Assembly: GCA_963720565.1 (NCBI GenBank)
Contig: CAVRFW010000003.1
Location: 106,547 to 170,546 of the forward strand
Source: Candidatus Bathyarchaeota archaeon
GTDB lineage: Archaea; Thermoproteota; Bathyarchaeia; Bathyarchaeales; Bathycorpusculaceae
Length of the DNA: 64,000 bases
Direction of reading: 5' to 3'
Part shown: positions 20,724-31,824 of the stretch, one piece after another
How positions within the stretch are numbered: the stretch's first letter is position 1
How the letters are laid out: each line of letters opens with the position of its first letter
Program-made: the position numbers and the translations under genes
The notes under the pieces: generated by a model
Database searches by the model: none
Told to the model about the DNA's origin: nothing
The model's input: only the letters and a program-made list of their open reading frames with translations

Positions 20724-22072
20724 TTATGTTCCGTGCTCCTTGGAATGGATCCTGGCTTGAGATGACTGAGAATTCTGTTTTTTTCTAAAATGGCCGTCTT
20801 AGCTTTTTCTTCGGATACATTTAGCCATTGGAGGAGCTCGTTTTGGTTGGAAACGAACACTGCACCCATACATTTTAGCTCGGAGAACAATTCTCTTGCT
20901 TTTCCTCCGGTGAAATCCCTGCTTTCAATGGGTACTTCATCCATGACAATAGTGGGGATTCCATTTTTCAAAGCTTGTTTTGCCGTTTCCAGGTTTTGCA
21001 GGTTACCGTGTCCGAACGGTACTGAGGTTAAGACTACAGTGCTTGCCCTGCTCATCATTGCCAGATTTGCTTCTTGAGTTTTTTCAGTTATTGGAGAGAA
21101 AGGTGCTTCCGTCGTTACGGGTATTTTGAGAAACTGGGCCGTCTCAAAATCCGTGTCTAGCACATTTAGAACCCCTGCAGTTACGCTGTAACCCTCGTCT
21201 AAGAGTAGCTTCATAAGGGCAGCTCCGGTACCTGCTCCGCATACCAAGTGGATCGAGCACGTTTTGGCGGGGGATGACTTCTCTGGAGACAGAGGCAGTA
21301 CAAAAAGCGAGTTTGTTACGAGATGTTTCTTTACTATAGCGTTAACTCGAAAGACGCTCCTAATATTTTCACTAGTTAAGACCTCATCTAGGCTGCCAGT
21401 GGAAAATATTTTTCCGCCCTTGAGCAACAAGCAAGACGTGCAATAACGCGCGGCTAGATTCAGGTCGTGAAAAACTGCTATCACTATAAGCTTCTCTCTC
21501 ACACACAGGCTCTTAACGAGGTCCATGATTTCCAATTGGTTTATTATGTCTAGATGTGTCATGGGTTCGTCCAAAAGTAGAATCCTGGGTTCCTGCGCTA
21601 AGGCACGTGCTATTATTACACGTTGTCTCTCACCGCCACTGAGCTCGTTAATTGGTCTTTCCGAAAGGTGCCAAGTATTTGTGAGTTCCATTGCTTTGCG
21701 GGCAATTGCCAAGTCTTTGTTTCCTTCCATCTGGAAGCGGGTCATATGTGGATTGCGTCCCATTAGAACAATGTCCAATGCGGCAAAACTAAAGCTGATA
21801 GCGCTGTCTTGAGGTACAACCGCCATCTGTCGTGCCACTTCCACGCCTTTGAGAGTATGTATGTCAGATTCGTTAAGCAGTATAGTTCCTCTGTACGGTT
21901 TGAGAGATCTGCTTATGCTTTTGATTAGAGTGGTTTTTCCTGAACCGTTCGGCCCGAGTATTCCAACAAAGTCGCCTTCTTTCACTGAGAGACTCACGTT
22001 TTCAAGGACCTTGACAGATCCGTAACGGCACTCGACACCGTCAACTTTTAACGTTACCAAATCAAGCACCAA
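20720..22072 (-). CDS. btuD: Corrinoid ABC transporter ATPase with C-terminal extension
   Basis: GPNGSGKT, LSGGERQR, LLLDEP; extra ~190-aa domain (HLVCGAGTG). Confidence 0.88.
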   Translation of the reverse strand: MVLDLVTLKVDGVECRYGSVKVLENVSLSVKEGDFVGILGPNGSGKTTLIKSISRSLKPYRGTILLNESDIHTLKGVEVARQMAVVPQDSAISFSFAALDIVLMGRNPHMTRFQMEGNKDLAIARKAMELTNTWHLSERPINELSGGERQRVIIARALAQEPRILLLDEPMTHLDIINQLEIMDLVKSLCVREKLIVIAVFHDLNLAARYCTSCLLLKGGKIFSTGSLDEVLTSENIRSVFRVNAIVKKHLVTNSLFVLPLSPEKSSPAKTCSIHLVCGAGTGAALMKLLLDEGYSVTAGVLNVLDTDFETAQFLKIPVTTEAPFSPITEKTQEANLAMMSRASTVVLTSVPFGHGNLQNLETAKQALKNGIPTIVMDEVPIESRDFTGGKARELFSELKCMGAVFVSNQNELLQWLNVSEEKAKTAILEKNRILSHLKPGSIPRSTEHK

Positions 22073-22076
22073 CCTC

Positions 22077-23169
22077 TCATAGCGCGTAACTCTGCTTTTT
22101 CTTTCTAAGAAGAATGATGAAGAATGGAGCCCCAGCGAGCATGGTGATTATTCCGACGGGCAATTGAAGAGTCGAAGCAAATGGAGTCGCTATGACTCTT
22201 GCAATAGCGTCACAGATTACCAAGAAGATTGCGCCAGTTATTATGGATGCTGGAAAAAGAATGCGATGGTCAGGTCCTATTATGATTCGTGTTATGTGAG
22301 GAACCATCAAACCTACAAAACCTATTAGTCCGCTGAGGGAAACAGCGGCTGCCGCTACCATTGAAGCAAATACTAGTAATCTGTTTTTGACTCTCTCAAC
22401 ATTTACACCTAGATTGTGAGCGGTCTCTTCGCCAAGGGCCAACAGGTTTAGGTCGCGCGAATAGAAATATGATAGCTACCGTGCCAACTACTATGAGTGG
22501 TAATACTGCCCATATTTGTGACCATAAAACGTTTGAAAAGCCGCCTATTAGCCAAAATACTATTGAGTGAAGTGTGTCGCCCGCTATGACTTCTAAAAGG
22601 GAGACTATGGAATACATGAAAAAGTTAACTGCTATTCCACAGAGCAGTAACATTGTGATGGGGACTCTTGATCCGACTCGGGCTATGTTGTAGACTAGAA
22701 ACATGGCAGCACAGAGCTCCCAACGAAAGCAGCTACTTGTATAAGACCCAAACCTAGGATTGAAAAGCCTGCCCCGAAAAGCACGGATAATGAAGCTCCG
22801 ACTGCTGCTCCGGACGACACGCCTAACAAGTACGAGTCTGCCATTGGGTTTTTGAATACTCCTTGATACACAACTCCAGAACTCGATAAAGCTGCACCTA
22901 CTATGATGCCTGCTATGATCCGGGGTAATCGTATCTGAAGTATTATTGCTGCATCCCTGGGCAAGAATAGCGAAGAATCTACTAAACCGTCAAAGAATGG
23001 GATTTGCTTAGCTCAGTATTGCCAGAATGTCTGGAAATGATATCTGAGCGTAGCCCACGTTTAAAGAGACAATAATCGTTACAAATAGAGCCAAGACCAG
23101 CAAGATTATGCTGTATTTCCATCTGGATGTACGGTGAAAATATGTCTTTTCAATTTCTTCTTGTGTCAT
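22077..23169 (-). CDS. btuC: Corrinoid ABC transporter permease (FecCD family), several frameshifts (probable sequencing errors)
   Basis: Fragments RLPRI, NPMADSYLLGVSSGA, GLIGFVGLMVPH, LPVGII; N-terminus starts MTQEEIEK at 23169. Confidence 0.85.
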
Positions 23170-23198
23170 AATTGCCACACAAAAAAGTGGGGTGTAAT

Positions 23199-24164
23199 TT
23201 AAAAGAGTTCTGGGTGAAAGGCTTCAGCCAAGTCCTCTATGATATCTGCAACTCTAGGTCCAGCTCTAGCGATAGTATCCGAGTTAACCTCGACTAATCT
23301 GTCATTCTGCACCGCACTAATGGAATTCCACCCTGGTCGCGCTTTGACGGCATCCAGGCTTCCCCAAAACGGTTCTCCAAACCCCATGCCTTCTTCGGGC
23401 AATAATATCACGTCAGGACTTCGCTCGATAACGGCTTCTGCGCTTGACTGGAAATAGTCTAGTTCTTGATCAACGAATACATTAACTCCGCCAGCTTTTT
23501 CGATGAGTTCGTTTTGCCACGCTTCTGAACCTGCGGTCCACAAAGAGGTGGGGTCATACCACACCTCATAGTATACGGTGGGCTTAGAGGCAACACTTGA
23601 AACTTTGCTTACGACAGCGTTAATTCTGCTGCTAATATTGTCAATCAGAGCGGTTGCCTCAGAATTTTTTCCAGTTGCATTGCCCAATAGTTCTATGTTT
23701 TGGAGAACACCACTAACGTCGGAAGGGTTTAGCACCAGAACCTTGTATCCTAAATCTCTTAGAGTGGCAATTGTCGGGCTTTGGACGCCTCCGGTGGCTA
23801 AGATCAAGTCTGGTTCAAGAGAAGCTATGACTTCCATGTTTGGATCGTTGAAATCTCCGATGCTGCTTATGTTACCCGCCGCAATCCACGCCGAAAAATC
23901 GTATGGATAGTTGCAATAGTTGCTGACAGCCACAATTTTTTCGTCCAGACCTAAAGCGAAAACGATTTCTGTGGTGCTCGGTGCAAGCGAGATAATCTTG
24001 TTCGGAATCGACTCTAGACTTGTAACATAGCCGGTGTCATCGACCAGTTTTTCCCACGTCTCTAGTTGTGGATTATTCTGACCTTGATAGTAATTGTAGA
24101 TGAGGGCTGCGGAGATGATTAAAGCTATCGCGGCGACTGCTGAAACGACGTATTTTGCATTCAT
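23199..24164 (-). CDS. btuF: Corrinoid-binding protein
   Basis: N-terminal anchor; IISLAPSTTEIVFALG, RAGPR. Confidence 0.88.
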   Translation of the reverse strand: MNAKYVVSAVAAIALIISAALIYNYYQGQNNPQLETWEKLVDDTGYVTSLESIPNKIISLAPSTTEIVFALGLDEKIVAVSNYCNYPYDFSAWIAAGNISSIGDFNDPNMEVIASLEPDLILATGGVQSPTIATLRDLGYKVLVLNPSDVSGVLQNIELLGNATGKNSEATALIDNISSRINAVVSKVSSVASKPTVYYEVWYDPTSLWTAGSEAWQNELIEKAGGVNVFVDQELDYFQSSAEAVIERSPDVILLPEEGMGFGEPFWGSLDAVKARPGWNSISAVQNDRLVEVNSDTIARAGPRVADIIEDLAEAFHPELF

Positions 24165-24256
24165 TTTTTCACCTTTTTTGTTGGATGGTTTATCCATACA
24201 GGTGTTATTAAACTTTACGAAAACACTTAAAACAAACTCCGCCATTAAGAAAAGCG

Positions 24257-24739
24257 TTGATGAAAATGGCCTCTAATAACCCTCCGTTAATGACTTATTT
24301 GGAGAAGAAAGGCATTACTTTAAATGACCTCGTAGAAACGGCGTTAGAGCTTTTCGTTCCCCATCCTGGCCTTGAAACCGAGGAAGCGGCAGCTGAGATG
24401 TTTCGAGAAGAGTTTCTGGATACGTTATCAGACGTAAACGTTTCCACACTGGAAGTAGCCTGCTTCCGAGCACAAGAAGACGCGGAGAACGGGTTAATTC
24501 CTGGGTTATCTCAAGAGAGATTTAATGGGCGCCCTGGTCTTGTGGCAGATGAGCTTCTAGGATTAGCGATAGCAAACTACATTGCGGGGGTTAGGGGTAT
24601 ATTCGAGTTCACAAGGTTTGACCAAGCCAAGCCAGGAATATTGAAGAGGCTGGGTCCAATCACTAACGATGCTGTTGGCGGCTTGGTGGCGGGTGTGTCA
24701 TCGAACGTGTATACGCGAGCCTTGCGGACCTCAAAATGA
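24257..24739 (+). CDS. cobZ: Alpha-ribazole phosphatase CobZ (PgpA family)
   Basis: DVNV, LVADELLG, FDQAKPGIL..LGP..DAVGGLVAG; cob context. Confidence 0.85.
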   Translation: MMKMASNNPPLMTYLEKKGITLNDLVETALELFVPHPGLETEEAAAEMFREEFLDTLSDVNVSTLEVACFRAQEDAENGLIPGLSQERFNGRPGLVADELLGLAIANYIAGVRGIFEFTRFDQAKPGILKRLGPITNDAVGGLVAGVSSNVYTRALRTSK

Positions 24740-24746
24740 TTTATTC

Positions 24747-25410
24747 TTAGGCTGTTTTGCGCTTCTTGAATGCGTTTAAGACTCCATGGCAGTCACAAGC
24801 TGTTGCTACGATGAAATCTTCTTTTGTTTTCGCCCAGCTTAGGAATTCCAATAGTTCCTTTCCTTTGAGGGCGCCCATGCCGGGTGCCATTGAATAGCTG
24901 ATTAGAATAAAAGCGTCTGGACAGGCAAACCTGAAAAGTTCAATCATCGTGCATGGCTTGCTAGTTCGTGAAGATGGGCAAACCTTCGGCATTGTGCATT
25001 TTTCCACGCAGTCGGCGTCTCTGTTGAAACTAGCAACGAGTTTTCCTTTTCCAGATTGCAAAACTACTACTTCAGGAAGCTTGGGCAGTATAGCGTTGAT
25101 TGAATCAGGATGCGGCTCAAGGTTGAATTTGACTCTTGCCAAGTCAGCGGCAATGTGAACTGGTGCTGTCGGAAAAACATACTCAGGTTTCAGCGATTCT
25201 AACAACTTCAAGACTGTTGAAAGGTCGCCCTTGACGAAACTTTCTCTATCAGAAGATACCTGAGGCATCATTTTGAGTCTGAACCGTTTGACAGCGAGAC
25301 ATTTTTCGTCTGTGTCAACCAAGATGAAGTCTTTTCCTGTCTGCCTTAGATGTTCTATTGCATAGCATCCGTATTTTCCGCCGCCTACGATAATGTTCGT
25401 CTCTGCTCAC
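24747..25410 (-). CDS. Hypothetical protein with Rossmann-like N-terminus and Cys motifs (start uncertain)
   Basis: Frame extends upstream of 25322 as NIIVGGGKYG..FILVD; also C..CxMPxxCP and ATACDCHG. Confidence 0.7.
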
Positions 25411-25516
25411 CAAGTGCCCCTGAGTGTAAGATGGCTAGTTCATCCATCTGCCTGGGTATTATAGTTTTCCCGAATTCTATCCCGGAGCTATGTTGTTTTG
25501 AAAAACTGGTTTTAGG

Positions 25517-26032
25517 TTATTGTCTGCCTGTTTCTTCTGTCATTTTTCTGACGAAGTTCTTAATGCCTTCTGAACTTCCGTAAACGGTCAAGTATCCATC
25601 CGTTTCTTCGCGGGAAGAAAGGCTTGTTTGTGTTGCGAGCTGTTTCAGTTTCTCTATGGGCAGGCTGGTTAACGGTTTTACTCGAATCCACTTTTGATCG
25701 CGAGGAACACCTGAAATGAAATGCTTCTCTTCTTTTTCCTCTATCAGGCATGTATCACAACTTGCCGCGTTCAAACGTCTCAGCCACTCGTCAACCTGTG
25801 CTAACGTCAGACTCTTTTGTGCCTCGGTTATAAGATACGCTTCCACGCTGCTTAGATACTCTTCGATTTTAGGGGCTGTTTCGCCAAGGCTTTTCTGATC
25901 AACATCCTCTACTTTCATCAGGGTTCTCGCAGATTTCAAATCTGTCAAGACTTTCTGTGGAACCGGCAATCCTTTCTTTCGGAATTCGATGATAATCTCT
26001 TCCAAGACTCTTGATATAGCTAAATGCGGCAT
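25517..26032 (-). CDS. DUF2096 family protein
   Basis: VLEE..EFRKKG..VPQKVLTDLKSART; GVPRDQKWIRV. Confidence 0.75.
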   Translation of the reverse strand: MPHLAISRVLEEIIIEFRKKGLPVPQKVLTDLKSARTLMKVEDVDQKSLGETAPKIEEYLSSVEAYLITEAQKSLTLAQVDEWLRRLNAASCDTCLIEEKEEKHFISGVPRDQKWIRVKPLTSLPIEKLKQLATQTSLSSREETDGYLTVYGSSEGIKNFVRKMTEETGRQ

Positions 26033-26138
26033 CGTTCTTTCCTCTCTAACAAAATTGTATGATCCAAACCGTTAATAAACTGTTCTTGCAATTCTCGACC
26101 TGCCCCTCAGAAGAACTGAAATTTGACAATTCTGAGGT

Positions 26139-26468
26139 TCAAGTTGTCCAGAAAGAAAACACCGGTAAATCTTTTCCGAACTCTTTCTCAATGAACTGCT
26201 TAATGTCTTCGTCTTCCAAGCAACGGATTCCGTTCTTGTCCTTGCGTATTGGAATTCTTGTTTCTCTCAGCGTGTTTTCTCCTCCTTTGGGAAAGTCGAG
26301 ATAAACGTAGTAACCGTTCTTGGCGAGCAGAATCATCCTTAAAGCCGTCAGTTCCTTTGTTTCCGACATACCGTGCTGGTCTATGCTGTAGACTATTGAA
26401 TCAGGTTTAAGTTTCACAACTAGACTTTTGAAATCTTCCCATTTTCTAACTCTAACAAGGTCACTCAA
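26139..26468 (-). CDS. Hypothetical protein
   Basis: Intact 109-aa ORF co-oriented between thyA and DUF2096. Confidence 0.75.
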   Translation of the reverse strand: MSDLVRVRKWEDFKSLVVKLKPDSIVYSIDQHGMSETKELTALRMILLAKNGYYVYLDFPKGGENTLRETRIPIRKDKNGIRCLEDEDIKQFIEKEFGKDLPVFSFWTT

Positions 26469-26523
26469 TCAGCAACGCCTTTTCTTCGATGCTAGTGATG
26501 CTTCAATTTCGAAAACAGCTCTT

Positions 26524-27276
26524 CTATTCTTGTCTTTGTTCCTCTGTGAAAAGGTCTTTCGAGCGTTCTTTAATAGTCGTAGCCATTCGTGGTAAATTGC
26601 CGGAACGACTTCTCGGCTCAAGCAGCTCTTTCACGAGCTTGTTTTGCCTCTGGTAAATGTGACAGTTCTTTGAATGGAAAACCAGTTTGCCTGTCGTCAA
26701 AGAAAGGTTTGCTTTTTCGTTTATTTCCGATACAAAGGCTTCGTTAAAAAGCTGCAATCCTGCAATGTTAGCTGGCAAGCCTGCATACGCGTCCCACGAC
26801 CTAAAATAACATGTCAGATGCATTTTTCCTTCCAGAATCTCGGTGTCAATCAAACTCAGGCAAGGCGGTTCATGCCTCTTGGTTTCGATACTTTTTCTTA
26901 TGTCCTCAGGTAATCTAATGACCAGAGTAACTTGCCTATCACGCTGTTCTTGCACATACCTATTCACGGCTTCTTGTATTTGGTTAACTGGATGGTTAAG
27001 TCTGCTTCCGTATGTGTAGGTTTCATCCTGTTTTTCTCCACACCAAAGGTACTCCAAGGCGTAACCTTGAACATATTTGATGTCACATGGCGCCTTGTCG
27101 CTTACTAGAGGCCTATTCTCAGGATGGGTAATTTCTATTGTCAGATTCAGCTTCTTTGTCTCTGTAATCTCTGAACCGTAACCCACTTGGAAGGGGTCAC
27201 CTTCATTCCAAATGTGACTGAACGCTTGGAACCAAGCGTCTGGACAGTCAAAAGCTGTAATTTTTGTATGTTTCAA
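26524..27276 (-). CDS. thyA: Thymidylate synthase (archaeal type)
   Basis: YTYGSRL, PPCL, FRSWD, PANIAGL, HIY. Confidence 0.85.
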   Translation of the reverse strand: MKHTKITAFDCPDAWFQAFSHIWNEGDPFQVGYGSEITETKKLNLTIEITHPENRPLVSDKAPCDIKYVQGYALEYLWCGEKQDETYTYGSRLNHPVNQIQEAVNRYVQEQRDRQVTLVIRLPEDIRKSIETKRHEPPCLSLIDTEILEGKMHLTCYFRSWDAYAGLPANIAGLQLFNEAFVSEINEKANLSLTTGKLVFHSKNCHIYQRQNKLVKELLEPRSRSGNLPRMATTIKERSKDLFTEEQRQE

Positions 27277-27478
27277 AGTGCTTTTGCCCCTATATTATTC
27301 ACCAAGTAAAGCGTTAAAAGTATTCAGCCCGATTGGGGAATATAAATTTGTGCTGATTTGAGGATTAGCAGCTACACTTCATATGTAATCGTCATCTTGG
27401 AAGGAAAATGCTGTTTGTGAATCTTTTTAAGCAGTCGCAGCATAAACTCAGTTAGACCTCTCTGTTGAGATATGTTGC

Positions 27479-27850
27479 ATGGAACGCGCTAAAGTCATTA
27501 AGGACGAACTCATGGAGCGAGACACACGTTTTCTAGCAGTCTATGTGGAAGCTAAAAACTCGTGCCTCATCATGCTTAGCGAGAAAGAAGACCGATTGGG
27601 AACCTTAGCCATAGCCGTTCCCAAGCCCCAGGATATGCTTGGCCCAGTTACTTCGTCAGTGCTTGTAGGAAGCAAGAATGTTGTTTCAGCGAGGATGTTC
27701 GCTGAATTTGTAGCTTCCAAGAAAGGAAAAATCGCCATGGTTTCAGTCTATCTGGATAAGCTCGGTGAAATGCAGGCACAAACGATCTTTATGCACCTTA
27801 TTGAGAAAGTTCTGCAAGCTGAAAGCGGCAAAGAGACCTCACTGGCATAA
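27479..27850 (+). CDS. Proteasome assembly chaperone 4 (PAC4)-like protein
   Basis: LGTLAIAVP..SSVLVG..ARMFAE..KKGKIAMVS pattern, recalled resemblance. Confidence 0.55.
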   Translation: MERAKVIKDELMERDTRFLAVYVEAKNSCLIMLSEKEDRLGTLAIAVPKPQDMLGPVTSSVLVGSKNVVSARMFAEFVASKKGKIAMVSVYLDKLGEMQAQTIFMHLIEKVLQAESGKETSLA

Positions 27851-28048
27851 TTGACCTTTTAGCCAAACAATATTTTTAACATTAACTTTCATTTGCTACC
27901 AATTCCTGTAAAATGAGGGCACAATGCGCAAGATCGGGCTGCGCTAAATTCTTTTCCCATATCGCACTTGGAAGAGCTTCTAGCACGGAAACCAGCGGGC
28001 AGTCTCACATTTAAGACTGTGCAGCCTATTATGGGCAAGGCAAGTCAC

Positions 28049-29107
28049 ATGAAAAACACGCAGATGCTGATTGTTGACCCTCAAGAACCCGATCTTGAAA
28101 GAATACGCGTTGCTGCGAAACTAATTGCTCAAGGCGGCTTAGTAGCATTTCCTACTGAAACCGTCTACGGTCTGGGTGCAAATGCATTGAATCCAGACGC
28201 CATTTTGGCGCTCTTTGAGGCGAAAAAAAGACCGCTAGATAACCCGCCTATAGTGCACGTTGAAAACATACAGGATGTTTACAAACTAGCTGAGTATGTA
28301 CCGTCAAAAGCAGAGAAGCTTATGCGGAAATTTTGGCCAGGACCGCTGACGTTGATTTTTCAACATTCCCAGATGGTTCCGAAGGTTACGGTTGCAGGGT
28401 TAGACACCGTTGCCATCAGGATGCCTAAACACAATGTTGCATTGACTCTGATAAGAGAAAGCGGATGTCCCATTGCGGCTCCCAGTGGAAACATTGCAGG
28501 AAGACCGAGCCCAACGTCAGCCAAGCACGTTTTTGAAGATCTTAATGGAAGGATAGACGCAATCCTTGATAGCGGTCCAACACGAATCGGCGTGGAATCC
28601 ACGGTGCTTGACATGACTGTGGACCCTCCAGTTGTTCTGCGTCCTGGAGGCACACCCTTTGAAACTTTGAAGAAAATGTTTGACGTAAGGCTTCATCCAT
28701 TCGTAGTTGCGGAGAAGGTTTTGTCTCTGAGTGAAGTCCGTTCTCCTGGGATGATGCATAAGCATTACGCGCCGAATGCCGACGTAATCGTTGTTGAAGG
28801 TGCTATTCCAGCTGTAGTTACCAAGGTTAGAGAGCTAGCTGACTCATACAGACAGAAAGGCGCTAAGGTCGGAATTCTTGCCACCGACGAGACTCAAACA
28901 GCTTACGAGACTGATGTGGTCAAGTCCCTCGGAAGCAGATTCAACATGGATTTGGTTGCAAAGAACTTGTTCAGTTTTCTGCGCGAACTTGACGGTGCAG
29001 GCGTAAATATCATAATTGCTGAAGGCTTGTCCACGGAAGGTTTAGGTTTAGCAGTCATGAACCGACTTCGAAAAGCATCTGGATACAACATCATTAAGGC
29101 AGGATAA
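28049..29107 (+). CDS. sua5: Threonylcarbamoyl-AMP synthase Sua5
   Basis: FPTETVYGLGA, KKRPLDNP, AAPSGN, SPGMMHKHYAP. Confidence 0.96.
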   Translation: MKNTQMLIVDPQEPDLERIRVAAKLIAQGGLVAFPTETVYGLGANALNPDAILALFEAKKRPLDNPPIVHVENIQDVYKLAEYVPSKAEKLMRKFWPGPLTLIFQHSQMVPKVTVAGLDTVAIRMPKHNVALTLIRESGCPIAAPSGNIAGRPSPTSAKHVFEDLNGRIDAILDSGPTRIGVESTVLDMTVDPPVVLRPGGTPFETLKKMFDVRLHPFVVAEKVLSLSEVRSPGMMHKHYAPNADVIVVEGAIPAVVTKVRELADSYRQKGAKVGILATDETQTAYETDVVKSLGSRFNMDLVAKNLFSFLRELDGAGVNIIIAEGLSTEGLGLAVMNRLRKASGYNIIKAG

Positions 29108-29170
29108 AGCTGGGAAAAATTTATATTATTGGGATAGATGTTCCGTTTAGAATTCAACATATATTAAGTA

Positions 29171-30874
29171 TTGGAAAAATTGGTGAAAAATATGTCTACA
29201 GGTGGAGGAACTGTTCCAGTTATAGTATTAAAAGAAGGTACAGGAAGAACAACGGGACGTGAAGCACTCAAGAATAACATAATGGCAGCAAAGATAGTTT
29301 CTGAAGCTGTAAAAACAACACTAGGTCCATCCGGAATGGACAAAATGCTTGTAACCAGTTTTGGCGACGTCGCTATAACTAATGATGGCGCGACTATTAT
29401 GAAGGAGCTTGACGTGCAGCATCCAGCAGCAAAGATGCTGGTTGAAGTTGCTAAGGCTCAGGACAACGAAGTAGGCGATGGAACAACAACTGCGGTGATT
29501 CTGGCTGGAGAATTGCTCTCAAAGGCGGAAGCCTTGATCGACCGAAACGTGCATCCTACAGTAATTATCGAAGGCTACAAGAAAGCCAGCGACAAAGCTC
29601 AAGAAGTTTTAGACAAAATCGCCATTCCCATCAGCATTAATGATGACAAAACTCTGCGAGATGTTGCAATAACCTCTTTGTCAAGCAAGGGCATAAATGT
29701 GGCTGAAACGCATTTCGCCAAAATAGTTGTTGATGCAATCAAGCAGGTCGCTGAAGACGTAGGCGGAAAGTTGAAAGCTGATATTGACCTAATCAAAATT
29801 GTAAAGAAACATGGCAGAAGCTTGGATGAAACGGAACTCGTGAAGGGAATGGTAATCGACAAGGAAATTGCCAGTTCACAAATGCCAAAGTTCATTGAAG
29901 GAGCAAAAATCGCGTTGCTTAATGAGAAGCTGGAGATCGAGAAAACCGAGTTTGATGCAAAGATCAACATTGAGAGTCCAGATCAGATGAAGCTTTTCTT
30001 GGACGAGGAAGAGCGCATGCTTAAAGACATGGTTAGTGCGATCACGAAAGCCGGCGCTAACGTGGTATTCTGCGAGAAAGGAATTGATGACATGGCGTTA
30101 CACTTTTTGGCGAAGGCAGGTGTATTAACGGTTAAAAGTGTAAGCAGTAGCGACATGGAAAAGTTATCCAGAGCAACTGGCGGCAAAATATTGGCAAGCA
30201 TTAAAGATTTGTCTGCCGATTCTCTTGGAAAGGCCAAAAAGGTTGAAGAGGTCAAGATTGGAGACGACAAACTCATTTACGTACGTGACTGCAAAAACCC
30301 GAAAGCTGTAACAATAGTAATTAGAGGAGCTTCAAACCATGTGATTGATGAGGCTGAAAGATCCTTGCATGACGGCTTGTGTGTAGTTAGGAATGCAGTG
30401 GAAGATGAAAAGATAGTTGCAGGGGGCGGAGCACCAGAGGCGGAAGTGGCAAAGAACCTGAGGAATTACGCTGTGAAGGTCGGGGGACGTGAACAGTTAG
30501 CTATTGAAGCTTTCGCAGAAGCTGTTGAGGTCATTCCATTAACGTTGGCTGAAAACGCTGGGTTAGATCCTATTGACATAATGGTGGCGTTAAGAGCCAA
30601 GCATGAAGATCCGGACAACAAGTACTTTGGCATAGAGATTCCCACAGGCAAAATCAAGAATATGCTCGACTTAATGGTTGTTGAGCCATTGCGCGTTAAG
30701 TTGCAAGTCATGAAATCAGCTACAGAAGCAGCAAATATGATACTGAAAATTGACGATTTGATATCCGTCAAAGGCGGCGGAAAAATGCCTCCAATGCCAT
30801 CTGGAATGCCCCCTGGTATGGGTGGTATGGGCGGAATGGGTGGTATGGGTGGCATGGGCGGAATGCCCTACTAA
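29171..30874 (+). CDS. ths: Thermosome (group II chaperonin) subunit
   Basis: [20 protein letters not shown]-repeat tail. Confidence 0.97.
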   Translation: MEKLVKNMSTGGGTVPVIVLKEGTGRTTGREALKNNIMAAKIVSEAVKTTLGPSGMDKMLVTSFGDVAITNDGATIMKELDVQHPAAKMLVEVAKAQDNEVGDGTTTAVILAGELLSKAEALIDRNVHPTVIIEGYKKASDKAQEVLDKIAIPISINDDKTLRDVAITSLSSKGINVAETHFAKIVVDAIKQVAEDVGGKLKADIDLIKIVKKHGRSLDETELVKGMVIDKEIASSQMPKFIEGAKIALLNEKLEIEKTEFDAKINIESPDQMKLFLDEEERMLKDMVSAITKAGANVVFCEKGIDDMALHFLAKAGVLTVKSVSSSDMEKLSRATGGKILASIKDLSADSLGKAKKVEEVKIGDDKLIYVRDCKNPKAVTIVIRGASNHVIDEAERSLHDGLCVVRNAVEDEKIVAGGGAPEAEVAKNLRNYAVKVGGREQLAIEAFAEAVEVIPLTLAENAGLDPIDIMVALRAKHEDPDNKYFGIEIPTGKIKNMLDLMVVEPLRVKLQVMKSATEAANMILKIDDLISVKGGGKMPPMPSGMPPGMGGMGGMGGMGGMGGMPY

Positions 30875-30875
30875 T

Positions 30876-30901
30876 CTCTTTTCTTTTTGATTTTTGTTTT
30901 T
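30876..30901 (+). terminator. Oligo-T archaeal terminator
   Basis: Runs of T immediately after the thermosome stop codon. Confidence 0.65.
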
Positions 30902-31159
30902 AGATAATTAGCTTTGTTAGACTAACGCGTACCTGCACTTCCTCGCATAATTATCAGAAAAATTGTCGTGGCTTCCCAACTTGTGAAGCTGAAATTTAGT
31001 ATATGGCTATGACCAATCTGAGCGTAGCATGAAGCTTGGAAGATCCTGAACATGCAGATAGTATACTTGTCTTCGCTTTTTTTCATTTGCTTTATCCCTC
31101 TGATATTTATAGCCTGCTAAGCTCACTACTACCACTCTAAACAGAGGTTAAGCGGTAAA

Positions 31160-31822
31160 GTGAAGGATAGGAAAGCATCAGAGATTCTTCATGTTCTCCG
31201 ACAGACTATTGCTATGCCGAATTCTGCAAAATCGGCAAGCAATGCATTTGAAACATTGATAGCAACTATTATTTCACAGAATACCAACGACAGAAACACC
31301 GAAAAAGCCTTCAGCTATCTTTCGAAGCAATTCGAAATCAAACCAGAAGTATTAGCGAAAGCAGAAACGTTCCAACTTGAAGATTGTCTTCGCGTGGGTG
31401 GTCTTTACAAGAACAAAGCCAAGACAATAAAACAGGTTTCTAGAATAATCGTCGAGAAGTTTCACGGTTCATTAGACTGCGTCTTGTCATTGCCGTTTGA
31501 GGAATCAAGAAATGAACTCATTAGTCTTCCTGGAATAGGTCCCAAGACGGCTGATGTTGTGTTGCTTTTTGTAGCGGGACAGCCGACAATACCTGTGGAT
31601 ACTCATGTAAATCGAGTTGCAAAACGCCTAGGTTTTGCGCCTGAGACAGGCGATTACGAAGCTGTGCGTATGAGTCTTCAATCACTCTACGAACAAAGTG
31701 AATACTTAGACGTACACGTAGTGCTGATTGCACATGGACGAAAACACTGCAAAGCTAGACATCCATTATGTGAGTTATGCCCAGTGAAAATGCATTGCCC
31801 TTCAAGAGGACTGTGTGATTAG
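31160..31822 (+). CDS. nth: Endonuclease III
   Basis: SQNTND, LPGIGPKTAD, VDTHV, C-X6-C-X2-C-X5-C. Confidence 0.94.
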   Translation: MKDRKASEILHVLRQTIAMPNSAKSASNAFETLIATIISQNTNDRNTEKAFSYLSKQFEIKPEVLAKAETFQLEDCLRVGGLYKNKAKTIKQVSRIIVEKFHGSLDCVLSLPFEESRNELISLPGIGPKTADVVLLFVAGQPTIPVDTHVNRVAKRLGFAPETGDYEAVRMSLQSLYEQSEYLDVHVVLIAHGRKHCKARHPLCELCPVKMHCPSRGLCD

Positions 31823-31824
31823 GC

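Noticed and set aside
24165..24256. Cobalamin riboswitch upstream of btuF
   Set aside because: The divergent spacer is about 90 bp, AT-rich, and has no B12-box.
30790..30870. ggtatgggc/ggaatgggt tandem repeats
   Set aside because: They encode the ordinary GGM tail of the thermosome.
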